Part shown: in pieces, positions 29,594-38,433 of the stretch
Layout: each line of letters starts with the position of its first letter
How positions within the stretch are numbered: position 1 is the stretch's first letter
Assembly: GCA_030647005.1 (NCBI GenBank)
Contig: JAUSKG010000021.1
Coordinates: forward strand, 27,105 to 91,104
Source of the DNA: a bacterium
GTDB lineage: Bacteria > Patescibacteriota > Patescibacteriia > JACPHY01
Reading direction: 5' to 3'
Length of the DNA stretch: 64,000 nt
The notes under the pieces: generated by a model
Database searches by the model: none
What the model saw: the letters and a program-made list of their open reading frames with translations, nothing else
What the model was told of the DNA's origin: nothing
Translations under genes and position numbers: made by a program

Positions 29594-29899
29594 ATGTGGG
29601 AGGATCTCGACAAAAAAGAAAAAGGGGAAGTCGTGAATTTGGGACTGGCTATTTTGGTCGGCTTGCTTTTCTTGACATATTTTATTCGGGGCGTGAGAGA
29701 TGCTCCTCATGTAGCTGACTACCGTGAGCAATTCAGTGACTGTATGGAGGGTGCAAAGAATGGTCAGGAGCGCTATTTTTGTAAGGAGCATTTTGGTGAA
29801 CCAATGCTTTGGTTACAATTCAAGGAATGCAAGAAGGACCAAAAAAATAAAGTATGTAAAAAAATATTAAATGAACAGCTAATGGATCTTTACAAATAA
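29594..29899 (+). CDS. hypothetical 101-aa protein, N-terminal TM anchor, Cys-rich ectodomain
   Basis: VVNLGLAILVGLLFLTYFI then CMEGAKNGQERYFCKEHF...KECKKDQKNKVCKK. Confidence 0.5.
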   Translation: MWEDLDKKEKGEVVNLGLAILVGLLFLTYFIRGVRDAPHVADYREQFSDCMEGAKNGQERYFCKEHFGEPMLWLQFKECKKDQKNKVCKKILNEQLMDLYK

Positions 29900-29902
29900 T
29901 TT

Positions 29903-29965
29903 GCAGAAATCGTGTCAATGCAGAAATCGTGCGAAAAACCGTGTGCCAAATCGTGTCAGGTCTGC
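29903..29965 (-). repeat. Three inverted-orientation copies of the GACACGATT motif
   Basis: cagaaatcgtgtcaatgcagaaatcgtgcgaaaaaccgtgtgccaaatcgtgtcaggtctg. Confidence 0.65.
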
Positions 29966-29977
29966 TCTGTTAATAAA

Positions 29978-30110
29978 GGGGTCAAGTCCATTTCTTCGAT
30001 GATGACGGCTATAGGGAGCACGAGGTGATCGAGTGCACAGATAAAGGGGTCAAGTCCATTTATTTGACGATGACGGCTATAGGGAGCACGAGGTGATCGA
30101 GTTTGGCCCA
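29978..30110 (+). repeat. Two tandem ~68-bp units (ataaaggggtcaagtccattt...gatgacggctatagggagcacgaggtgatcgagt) plus partial third
   Basis: Near-identical units at 29978-30045 and 30046-30113. Confidence 0.7.
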
Positions 30111-30197
30111 TTTCCCTTTCATAGAGGGAATACGAAGTGATCCAGAGCACTGCTTGGGGGGGGGTAGAGAAGGGTTGATCGAACGCGGCGTGCCGTC

Positions 30198-30659
30198 TCA
30201 TTGCATCGAGCAGAGGGTTGAGAAATCCGAGACCGAGAGCTCCGGGATTGGCGATGTCGTAATGGCAGCGCAATGACGCTTGTCCCTCGTGAAGCGTGCG
30301 AGGTAGAAGGAGCAGCTCCCGCGCTCGCCGTCGTTTTGTTGCTGTGCACACGTTTGCACGGCGTTGGCAGCGTCATTGAGGTCGCAGCGTTCCTCGATAT
30401 CCGCTGGACATGGTGCGTTGACGCAGACAAGTTGGTGTTCCACAGCGCTGTAGGAGCCGTTGAGTTTTCGACACCACTCCTCGGTGCGGCCGGTGACCTC
30501 GTACTGTCGCGCTGCCTGGGCAGGATCATCTGGCCATGCGGCATCATATGCCGCTCGACGTTGATCATCCGCTGCACGCCGCGCAACTGCCATGACAACG
30601 ATCGCGACAACAAGCGCAGCAATGGCGAGGAGTGCGATAGTTTGGTTGCGACGCGACAT
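30198..30659 (-). CDS. hypothetical secreted/membrane-anchored Cys-rich protein (153 aa)
   Basis: N-terminal TM IALLAIAALVVAIVVMAV; 10 Cys; overlapping + ORFs judged spurious. Confidence 0.55.
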   Translation of the reverse strand: MSRRNQTIALLAIAALVVAIVVMAVARRAADDQRRAAYDAAWPDDPAQAARQYEVTGRTEEWCRKLNGSYSAVEHQLVCVNAPCPADIEERCDLNDAANAVQTCAQQQNDGERGSCSFYLARFTRDKRHCAAITTSPIPELSVSDFSTLCSMQ

Positions 30660-30732
30660 ACGAGCTGGTGAGGGCCGATGCTTGAGTTTAGTTTCTTATC
30701 CCGTTCAGTATAGCACGAAAATCGAAGGTGGA

Positions 30733-30822
30733 TAAAGGGGTCAAGTCCATTTCTTTGACGATGGCGGCTATAGGGAGCACGAGGTGATCCAGTGAAAAAT
30801 GGACTTGACCCCTTTCTCCTTT
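30733..30822. mobile_element. MITE-like ~90-bp element with perfect 19-bp terminal inverted repeats (aaaggggtcaagtccattt / aaatggacttgacccctttc)
   Basis: Same internal sequence as the 29978 tandem units; solo right-end copies at ~29468-29496 and ~30823-30850. Confidence 0.6.
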
Positions 30823-30917
30823 CTTTCCGACATTGACCCCTTTCTTTCCGACAGCATCTGGACGCGGTGCTGCTCGTGTGCCATACTGCATGGAGGTCTT
30901 TAGACAAGGAGGAGCTC

Positions 30918-31154
30918 GTGGGAAGAATGATGTACAGGGTGCTTGGTATCTCGGGCGCGATGCTTTCGCTCGCGCATGCTGATCCCGGACTCGTGGCTGC
31001 GGATCCCCATATGAGGGTCAGTCCGGCGAGCCAGTGGATGTTCTTCGCCCTCCTCGTCGCAGTGCTGGCCTTCGTCGCGTTCGTCGAGTACGTTTGCGAA
31101 CGTCTCTCGTACTGGTGGGCGGGTCGCAGTCGCGCAGGCCATCGCCAGGCGTGA
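30918..31154 (+). CDS. small membrane protein upstream of P-type ATPase (signal peptide + TM)
   Basis: SD aaggagga then GTG 30918/ATG 30927; MMYRVLGISGAMLSLAHA...FFALLVAVLAFVAFVEYV. Confidence 0.45.
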   Translation: MGRMMYRVLGISGAMLSLAHADPGLVAADPHMRVSPASQWMFFALLVAVLAFVAFVEYVCERLSYWWAGRSRAGHRQA

Positions 31155-31226
31155 GCAACATCGCGCAGCACCCCGCTCCTCATCGGAGTGGGGTTTTTCG
31201 TTGTGGGTTTGGTACGATAGAGGACT

Positions 31227-33812
31227 ATGGAGGCAAAACAACAAACCCTGAACGATGTCCTCGCGGCACTCGGTACGGATGGGAGCGGCCTCACCGAGGG
31301 CGAGGTCATTCGTCGTCGGCAGCGATTTGGGTGCAACGTGCTGTCGGAGCGCGCGCGGCCGGGTGCGCTCGCGCACGCGGTTCATGAGCTCAAGAACCCC
31401 ATTCTCATCGTGCTCGCGGTAGCGGCGATTGCCGCGATCGCGTTCGGCGAGCGGGTGGATGGTCTCTTCATCCTCGCCACACTCGTGATCACCGCGGGGT
31501 TTGGTATGGTCATGGCACTCCGTGCGGAGCGCGCGCTCGATGCACTCCGGGGATTCCTCCACCCGAAGGCGATCGTGGTGCGGGGTGGTCACGAGGTCGC
31601 GGTGGACACGGAGGAGCTCGTGCCGGGCGACCTTCTCCTCCTGCGGCGCGGGATGCGCATTCCCGCGGACGCGCGCACCATCGAGGCGCGATCGCTCGAG
31701 GTGGATGAATCCATGCTCACGGGAGAGAGTGTGCCGGTACAGAAGACGACACTCGGCGGAACAGGGGAGCACGAGACACTCTCCCAGGGCACCCTCGTGG
31801 TTGAGGGGCAGGGCGTTGCGGTGGTGACGGCGATCGGGGCGGAGACGACATTCGCGAGTATTGCCGCATCGCTCACCGAGGAGCGCGAGCGCACGCCGCT
31901 CCAGGAGCAGCTTGCACAGTTCGCCCGCGTCGTCGCCATCGTCGTGACGGTCGCGGCGGTGACGCTCTCCGCCATCGGCATCGCGCGGGGGCTCGATGCA
32001 GGTGAGATGCTCGCGACGGCGATCGCGGTCGCAGTTGCCGCGGTGCCCGAGGGCCTCGCGGTTGCCATCACCGCCATTCTCGCGGTGGGGACCGTCCGCC
32101 TCGCGCGCAAGCAGTGCCTCGTGCGACGCATCATCGCGGCTGAGACGCTGGGGTCGGTCACCATCATCCTCACGGATAAGACAGGGACGCTCACCGAGGG
32201 TCGCATGCGCACCGTGGCGGTTCACCTCGTGGACGGCGGCGTGGGCGAGGTGCGCGTAGAACCCGGCATGGCGTGCGTCGAGGCGTGCGAGCGCATGATG
32301 GTCGCTGCGGCGATCGGCACCGAGGTGTCCATCGCAAACCCTGAGGCCGCGCCATCGGACTGGGAGTATTTGGGGTCTTCCACCGAGGCCGCACTCGTCA
32401 GTGCCGCAGGTACGGCGGGGGTTGATGTGTTGCGCACGCGCGCGGCGACGACCATCCTCGATCGCCTCCCGTTCTCCGTCGAGCGGAAGTACTCGGCAAC
32501 ATTGATCCAGCGCGCGAGCACGGAGCTCATCATATTGGGCGCGCCAGAGTACGTCACCCACGCACCGCTCCCGCAGCGCATCCTCGAGGAGCTCGACGTG
32601 CGTGCGCGCGAGGGCTTCCGCATCGTCGCGGCTGCGGGCACGCCGGTGTCCAAAAAAATGACGCGCATCGCGGACCTCGGTGACGATCTCGTGGACGGCG
32701 CAGTGCTCCTCGGCCTCTTCTTCATCCGCGATCCGCTTCGGCAAGATGCTGCCCGTGCGATTGCCGCGGCGCAGCAAGCGGGCGTGCGGACGATCATGGT
32801 GACTGGAGATCACCCCGCCACCGCGAAGCGTATTGCCGAGGACGCAGGCCTTGCGGCCGGTGAGCCGGTCGTCATGACCGGCACAGAGCTCGAGGGGCTC
32901 TCCGATACGGCACTCCACGAGCGCATCGCATCGGTGGATATCTTCGCGCGGACGTCGCACGCGCAGAAGGCGCGGCTCGTTGCCGCCTGGCGTGCGCGTG
33001 GCGAGGCGGTCGCGGTGACCGGCGACGGTGTGAACGATGCTCCAGCACTCGCGGCGGCGGACATCGGCATCGCGATGGGGTCGGGCACGGATGTCTCCCG
33101 CGAAGCGGCGGACCTCGTCCTCCTCGACAACAAGTACGAGACCATCGTCGAGGGTATCCGTGGCGGGCGCGCGATGTGGGACAATATCCGGAAGACGGCG
33201 AACTACCTCCTCATCTCCGGCTTCACCGAGCTCCTCCTCGTGGGCGTGTCCGTCTTCACCGGTTTGCCGCTCCTCATACTCCCCGCGCAGATCCTCTGGG
33301 TGAATCTCCTGGAGGACACCCTGCCGGCGGCGGCGCTCGCGTTTGAGCCACCCGAGTCCGGCATCATGGACGAGCCGCCGCGCAAGCGATCCGCGTCGCT
33401 CTTTGATCCCGAGATGCGCGCGTTCGTGTTCGGCGTGGGCCTGGTGACCGACATCTTCCTCATCGGCGCAGGGTTCGCGCTCTACCACATCACCGGTGAC
33501 CTCGATCTCACGCGCACGATTGTCTTTGGTGCACTCGCCGCGAATTCCCTCTTCGTCATCTTCGCGGTTCGGTCGCGTCGTCGCCCGATCTGGCGCACGC
33601 GTCCCTGGGAGAACCCCGCGCTCCTCATCGCGATTGCCATTGCGATTGCACTCCTTCTCTTTGGGCTCCTCGCGCCTGCGGTTCGGCCGCTCTTGCGTAC
33701 GGTGCATATTCCCCTTTGGGGGTGGGGTATCATCATCGGCCTCAGCGTCGTAAACCTCGTTGCCGTGGAGGCAGTGAAAGCAGTATTCCGTATGCGTCGC
33801 TCTCCCGTATGA
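31227..33812 (+). CDS. cation-transporting P-type ATPase (P2-type, Ca2+/Mg2+-like)
   Basis: DKTGTLT phosphorylation site, TGDHPATA, GDGVNDAPALAAADIGIAMG, N-terminal cation-ATPase domain. Confidence 0.93.
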   Translation: MEAKQQTLNDVLAALGTDGSGLTEGEVIRRRQRFGCNVLSERARPGALAHAVHELKNPILIVLAVAAIAAIAFGERVDGLFILATLVITAGFGMVMALRAERALDALRGFLHPKAIVVRGGHEVAVDTEELVPGDLLLLRRGMRIPADARTIEARSLEVDESMLTGESVPVQKTTLGGTGEHETLSQGTLVVEGQGVAVVTAIGAETTFASIAASLTEERERTPLQEQLAQFARVVAIVVTVAAVTLSAIGIARGLDAGEMLATAIAVAVAAVPEGLAVAITAILAVGTVRLARKQCLVRRIIAAETLGSVTIILTDKTGTLTEGRMRTVAVHLVDGGVGEVRVEPGMACVEACERMMVAAAIGTEVSIANPEAAPSDWEYLGSSTEAALVSAAGTAGVDVLRTRAATTILDRLPFSVERKYSATLIQRASTELIILGAPEYVTHAPLPQRILEELDVRAREGFRIVAAAGTPVSKKMTRIADLGDDLVDGAVLLGLFFIRDPLRQDAARAIAAAQQAGVRTIMVTGDHPATAKRIAEDAGLAAGEPVVMTGTELEGLSDTALHERIASVDIFARTSHAQKARLVAAWRARGEAVAVTGDGVNDAPALAAADIGIAMGSGTDVSREAADLVLLDNKYETIVEGIRGGRAMWDNIRKTANYLLISGFTELLLVGVSVFTGLPLLILPAQILWVNLLEDTLPAAALAFEPPESGIMDEPPRKRSASLFDPEMRAFVFGVGLVTDIFLIGAGFALYHITGDLDLTRTIVFGALAANSLFVIFAVRSRRRPIWRTRPWENPALLIAIAIAIALLLFGLLAPAVRPLLRTVHIPLWGWGIIIGLSVVNLVAVEAVKAVFRMRRSPV

Positions 33813-34303
33813 ATCACCCCAATCCCTACGCGTGCATTGTGGCCAAGCTCGAACGTGCAGGTGTGACGTTCAAGCAGCACGAGCACGCGCCGGTGCGCAC
33901 CTCGCAGGAGGCCGCAACGATCCGTGGTACGAGCATTGAAGAAGGTGCGAAGGCACTCGTGTGTCATGTGGATAAGTCACGCTACGTGCTCGCGGTGCTC
34001 TCCGCCGCGTTCCAGGCGGACCTCCCCGCCCTCCGGCGGAAGCTCGGGGCGAAGAAGCTCGCACTCGCGTCGCCAGAGGAGGTGCTGCGGGAGACGGGGT
34101 GCGAGGTGGGTGGCGTGCCACCGTTCGGTTCGTGTATCGGTCTCATGACGTACTGTGACCCCTCACTCCGCGCGCACGAGCATATCTCCTTCAACGCCGG
34201 CCTCCGGACGCACTCCATCGTCATGCGTTTTGTGGATTACCTCGCCATTGAACAGCCCACCGTCACTCCATTCGCCAAACAGGTGCCTGGCGCGGTACAA
34301 TAG
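33809..34303 (+). CDS. YbaK/ProX-family aminoacyl-tRNA deacylase
   Basis: ...ETGCEVGGVPPFG... signature of YbaK/ProX editing domain; ATGA overlap with ATPase stop. Confidence 0.8.
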   Translation: MNHPNPYACIVAKLERAGVTFKQHEHAPVRTSQEAATIRGTSIEEGAKALVCHVDKSRYVLAVLSAAFQADLPALRRKLGAKKLALASPEEVLRETGCEVGGVPPFGSCIGLMTYCDPSLRAHEHISFNAGLRTHSIVMRFVDYLAIEQPTVTPFAKQVPGAVQ

Positions 34304-34327
34304 AGTCCAGTTCTTCTCCCACCATCT

Positions 34328-34921
34328 ATGATCTCCAAACGTCTTCTCAATCACCTCGATAAGCGGGGTATCGCCTATGCGGTTGTGCCGCACCGGAAGG
34401 TCTTCACCGCGTTTGATCTGGCGCAGACCTTGGATGCGGATCCCAAGCACGTCGCGAAGACCGTCCTCGTCCGCGCGGATCGTGACCTCGTGCTCGTGAG
34501 TGTTCCGGCACACAGTCGGTTGGACTTCGCGCGGATGAAGAAGGTGCTCGGCGCGAAGCAGGTGACGCTCGCGTCGGAGCGGGCGATGGAGCAGCTGAAG
34601 ATCAAGGAGGGGACGACACCACCGTTCGCATCGTTCTTCAAGATCGCCTGCGTGCTCGACAGCGGATTGGCGAAGTGCAAGACGATGCTCTGCCGATCTG
34701 GCAGTCACACGGAATCGCTCGACTGCTCCGTTGCGAACTACATTGCGAGCGAGGAACCGACGATTGCGAAAGTGAGCGAGCGCGCGAAGCGAGCACCGGC
34801 GAAGCGGCGTGCGCCTGTAAAAGCGAAGCGTGCACCGGCGAAAGCGAAGCGGACGACCGCGAAGCGTCCCACGAAGCGGAAGGCGGTCCGCAGGAAGCCC
34901 GCAGCGCGGAAGCGGTCGTAG
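34328..34921 (+). CDS. divergent YbaK/ProX-like deacylase with C-terminal Lys/Arg/Ala-rich (KAKRAPA-repeat) tail
   Basis: Parallel architecture to 33809..34303 (…IKEGTTPPFASFF…), then RAKRAPAKRRAPVKAKRAPAKAKRTTAKRPTKRKAVRRKPAARKRS. Confidence 0.65.
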   Translation: MISKRLLNHLDKRGIAYAVVPHRKVFTAFDLAQTLDADPKHVAKTVLVRADRDLVLVSVPAHSRLDFARMKKVLGAKQVTLASERAMEQLKIKEGTTPPFASFFKIACVLDSGLAKCKTMLCRSGSHTESLDCSVANYIASEEPTIAKVSERAKRAPAKRRAPVKAKRAPAKAKRTTAKRPTKRKAVRRKPAARKRS

Positions 34922-34933
34922 TACGCGGGACGC

Positions 34934-35641
34934 ATGCGCCCCGCGCTCCAGCCATTCGACGGGCCGCTCGACCTCCTCCTGCGCCTCATTGAGCAGGAGG
35001 AGCTCGACATCACCACCGTGGCGCTCGCTGGGGTGTGCGAGTCGTACCTCGCGCACCTCAAGCAGGTGGAGCAACGGACGCCGGAAGCCGTGGCGGATTT
35101 CCTCGTCATTGCGGCGAAGCTCCTCTACCTCAAGTCGCTCGTCCTCCTGCCCGAGGCGGAGGGCGACGCGGAGGAGGACGAGACGGGACTCGCGGCGCAG
35201 CTCCGCATCTACCGCGCGTTCGCGGAGGCGGCAACGGGTATCGCCGAGCAGTTCAGCGTGTCTCCACGGATGCACCCGAGCGCGCGGGTGCCGGTGATCG
35301 TACCATCATTTCTCCCGCCGAAGCGCGTTGACCTCGCAATGCTCGGGCAGGTCATGGTGCACCTCATCGCGGAGCTCGAGCCCATCGTGCGGATCCCGAA
35401 GGCGACGATCGGTCGCACCATCTCCATTGAGGATCGCATTGCAGAGTTGCGGGCGCTCGTCGCGGCGCGTTCCCGCGTGACACTCCACGACGTGCTCCGC
35501 GGGCGAACGGGACGTCGGGAACAGATCGTCTCGTTCCTCGCGGTTCTTGAGCTCGTCCGGCAGCAGGAGGTTGTCGCAATCCAGTCCTCGCAGTTCTCCC
35601 CGATTGCCATCGAGCGTTCCTCGGATGGACGCTCGCGTTGA
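34934..35641 (+). CDS. scpA: segregation and condensation protein A
   Basis: MRPALQPFDGPLDLLLRLIEQEELDITTVALAGVCESYL... Confidence 0.85.
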   Translation: MRPALQPFDGPLDLLLRLIEQEELDITTVALAGVCESYLAHLKQVEQRTPEAVADFLVIAAKLLYLKSLVLLPEAEGDAEEDETGLAAQLRIYRAFAEAATGIAEQFSVSPRMHPSARVPVIVPSFLPPKRVDLAMLGQVMVHLIAELEPIVRIPKATIGRTISIEDRIAELRALVAARSRVTLHDVLRGRTGRREQIVSFLAVLELVRQQEVVAIQSSQFSPIAIERSSDGRSR

Positions 35642-35643
35642 AC

Positions 35644-36258
35644 ATGGCCATAGCTATGTCGAAAGATACCGCACCCACCATTGACCTCCACCGCGCGCTC
35701 GAGACCATCCTCTTCCTGTCCGGCAAGCCGCTCACGATGAAGAAGATCGCGGTGCTCCTCGGGAGCGATCTCCAGACCGCACGGGATGCCGTCGCTGCGT
35801 TCCAGACGACATGGAATGCGCGCGGCGGTGGAACGATGGTCGCGGCGACGGAGGAGCAAGTGCAGCTCGTCTCCCACCCGGATTGCCAGGCCATCGCGGA
35901 GACGATAGCGAGCGACGAGGTGCGCGGTGAGCTCACCCGTCCGCAGCTCGAAGCGCTCACGGTCGTCGCGTACCGCGGCCCGATCACGAAGGCGGAGCTC
36001 GAGCACATCCGCGGTGTCCACTGCGGACTCATCATCCGAAACCTCCTCATGCGCGGACTCATCGTGAGCGCGCGCGATCGCGCACGTGGCGAGGATATCT
36101 TCACGGTGTCGATGGATTTCCTCCGTCACCTCGGCATCGCGGATCTCCGCGAGCTCACGGACTACGAGCGGCTCCACAACGACGCGATCATCCGCGAGTA
36201 CCTCGCCATGGCGCACGGCGAGGAGGGCGGTGAAGTGGTCGCGGCACCGCCGGTCTGA
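35644..36258 (+). CDS. scpB: segregation and condensation protein B
   Basis: ScpB winged-helix pattern; follows scpA with overlap. Confidence 0.85.
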   Translation: MAIAMSKDTAPTIDLHRALETILFLSGKPLTMKKIAVLLGSDLQTARDAVAAFQTTWNARGGGTMVAATEEQVQLVSHPDCQAIAETIASDEVRGELTRPQLEALTVVAYRGPITKAELEHIRGVHCGLIIRNLLMRGLIVSARDRARGEDIFTVSMDFLRHLGIADLRELTDYERLHNDAIIREYLAMAHGEEGGEVVAAPPV

Positions 36259-36261
36259 GCT

Positions 36262-36400
36262 CCATCTCCCTCTCGTCATTTCGAGCGAAGTGAGCGCACG
36301 GGCGAACGAAGTCGAGAAATCTCATATGGAGATCTCTCCGCTCTCTGTTGCGGAGCCTGCCCTGAGCGAGTCCGCGAGTCGAACGGGGTCGAGATGACGA
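36262..36400. repeat. Family A repeat copy between scpB and dacA
   Basis: tcgtcatttcgagcgaagtgagcgcacgggcgaacgaagtcgagaaatctc...gagcgagtccgcgagtcgaacggggtcgagatgacg. Confidence 0.65.
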
Positions 36401-36454
36401 AATATAGTGGACGATAAAATAGGAACGCGTAAACGATGCTCGTGATGCTCACCT

Positions 36455-37390
36455 ATGGGTCTCTTCTTCGCCATTCTCTTTGTCGCATTCAGCTCCTGGA
36501 GTGCGCATCCGGCGCTCGCAGAGCCCCTGTCCGTAGGACCTGCTCCTGCGATCGTTGCGACGAGCCCACGCATCCCGACGCGGATCGCGGCGGCGAACGG
36601 CGAGCCGGAGGAACTGGGCCCGGTGCTCACCGCGCAGAGTGCGGCGGTGCTCGATGCGGACTCCGGCGTGCTCCTCTGGGGCAAGCAGCCGTACGCGGTG
36701 CGCCCGCTCGCGAGTATCACGAAGCTCCTCACGGCGATCGCGTACGTCGAGGTACGCGACGATCGCGACGGCGTGTCGCAGGTACAGATCGTCGCTGACG
36801 ACATTCCAGAGGAAGGGAACACCATCGTGGAGTCGGACGACATCTTTGCGGTGCACGACCTCCTGGCTGCGATGCTCATCCGTTCCGACAACGGCGCGGC
36901 GCGTGCGCTCGCGCGGAGCGACGGCGCGTTGGTGTCCGGCGATGCGCAGGAACGCACCGCGCGACGGCTTGGCCTCCGGTCGGTGCGCGTCACCGATCCC
37001 GCAGGCCTTCGCTCCGACAACCGCGGTACCGCAGTGGATGCCGCGCGCCTACTCGCTGCTGCGCTCGCGGAGGACCCCCTCCGATCGCTGCTCGCGACCG
37101 CACGGACCACCGTTGACGCGCATCGCGATGGTCGTCGCGCGTTGCCAATCGTCACGACGAACGCGCTCCTCACGGACGGCCGCGAGCACTCCTATACGCT
37201 CATCGGCGGAAAGACCGGCTACCTCGACGAGGCGGGGTACAATTTTGTCATCGAGGTGGAGCGCGATGGCGCGACGATCGTCGTCGCGGTGCTCGGTGCC
37301 GCGACGCACCTCGATCGGTTTCGCGACGTCGGCGTGCTCGCGGACTGGATTTTTCAACATTTCGACTGGTCGGAAGCACAGCCCGGGTAG
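36455..37390 (+). CDS. dacA: D-alanyl-D-alanine carboxypeptidase (PBP5-like serine peptidase)
   Basis: signal peptide; SITKLLT (SxxK) motif. Confidence 0.85.
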   Translation: MGLFFAILFVAFSSWSAHPALAEPLSVGPAPAIVATSPRIPTRIAAANGEPEELGPVLTAQSAAVLDADSGVLLWGKQPYAVRPLASITKLLTAIAYVEVRDDRDGVSQVQIVADDIPEEGNTIVESDDIFAVHDLLAAMLIRSDNGAARALARSDGALVSGDAQERTARRLGLRSVRVTDPAGLRSDNRGTAVDAARLLAAALAEDPLRSLLATARTTVDAHRDGRRALPIVTTNALLTDGREHSYTLIGGKTGYLDEAGYNFVIEVERDGATIVVAVLGAATHLDRFRDVGVLADWIFQHFDWSEAQPG

Positions 37391-37399
37391 CGCGAGCGT

Positions 37400-38041
37400 A
37401 TGGACATCCTTAACCTCATCACCGGTGCCGGCCTCATCGGCATTACCCTCGTGATCTTCGCGGAGTCCGGACTCCTCATTGGGTTCTTCTTCCCGGGGGA
37501 CTCGCTCCTGTTCACCGCGGGCGTCCTGGCATCAACCGGCGTGTTCAGCATATGGTGGTTGCTCGCGCTCGCGACGGTCGCGGCGATCGTCGGTGACAGC
37601 GTAGGGTACGCGTTCGGCCGCCACGTTGGCGCGCGACTCTTCACGCGTCGGCACTCAATTTTTTTTCACCCGGAACACATCGAGCGTTCCAAGCGTTTCT
37701 TTGAGAAGCACGGGTCGAAGGCCATCGTCCTCGCGCGCTTCATGCCCGTCGTACGCACGTTCACGCCGATGCTCGCTGGTGTGGGTCGCATGCGCTACCC
37801 GACGTTCCTCCTCTACAATGTCATCGGTGGCATCATCTGGGCGACCGGTGTGCCGTTTGCCGGATACGCCCTCGGGCAGCGTATTCCCAACATTGATCAC
37901 TATCTCGCCCCCATCGTCATCGCGATCGTCCTCGCGTCCATTGCACCCGCTGCGTGGCACCTCCTCCGTGATCCCGCCGAGCGCGCGAAGGCGGCGGCGG
38001 GTCTCCGTGCCATTCGCGCGCGTATGCGGCGACGGGCTTGA
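37400..38041 (+). CDS. DedA/SNARE-associated family membrane protein
   Basis: FFFPGDSLLF...ARFMPVVRTFTPMLAGVGRMRYPTFLLYNVIGGIIWA. Confidence 0.85.
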   Translation: MDILNLITGAGLIGITLVIFAESGLLIGFFFPGDSLLFTAGVLASTGVFSIWWLLALATVAAIVGDSVGYAFGRHVGARLFTRRHSIFFHPEHIERSKRFFEKHGSKAIVLARFMPVVRTFTPMLAGVGRMRYPTFLLYNVIGGIIWATGVPFAGYALGQRIPNIDHYLAPIVIAIVLASIAPAAWHLLRDPAERAKAAAGLRAIRARMRRRA

Positions 38042-38109
38042 CGATGGGAGACAGTGGTGGTACGCTCTACGGGCGTGCTGCGTGCATGCGAACAACGGAG
38101 GAGGACGGC

Positions 38110-38322
38110 ATGGCATTTGATTGGAATCGGAAGGAGTTCGATCTCTTTGATGACTTCGGTCTTGGTGAGGAGGGCATTCGTGCGCTCGATCCCGGAGACA
38201 TCCTCGCAGCCCCCACGGCGATTCGTATCACGAGTGGCGGGAAGACCGTCGCCTGGGGTGAGCTCATCGAGGTGAACGATGAGACCTATCTGCGCGTGAC
38301 GCAGATCATCGGCCAGGAGTGA
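38110..38322 (+). CDS. hypothetical small acidic protein (70 aa)
   Basis: SD ggagga 6 nt before ATG 38110. Confidence 0.4.
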   Translation: MAFDWNRKEFDLFDDFGLGEEGIRALDPGDILAAPTAIRITSGGKTVAWGELIEVNDETYLRVTQIIGQE

Positions 38323-38433
38323 CGTTCCCAGCAGGGAGGGCGCAACGCGCCCTCCCATTCCCTTCTCCAGTGGTGCGATAGTTGACAAGATTGGTGCAAT
38401 CATCCACACTACAAGCATGGAGGATCGCTGTAG

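Noticed and set aside
29978-30110. Possible CRISPR array
   Set aside because: Units are 68 bp and directly abut without unique spacers; no cas genes; classified as tandem repeat/MITE family instead.
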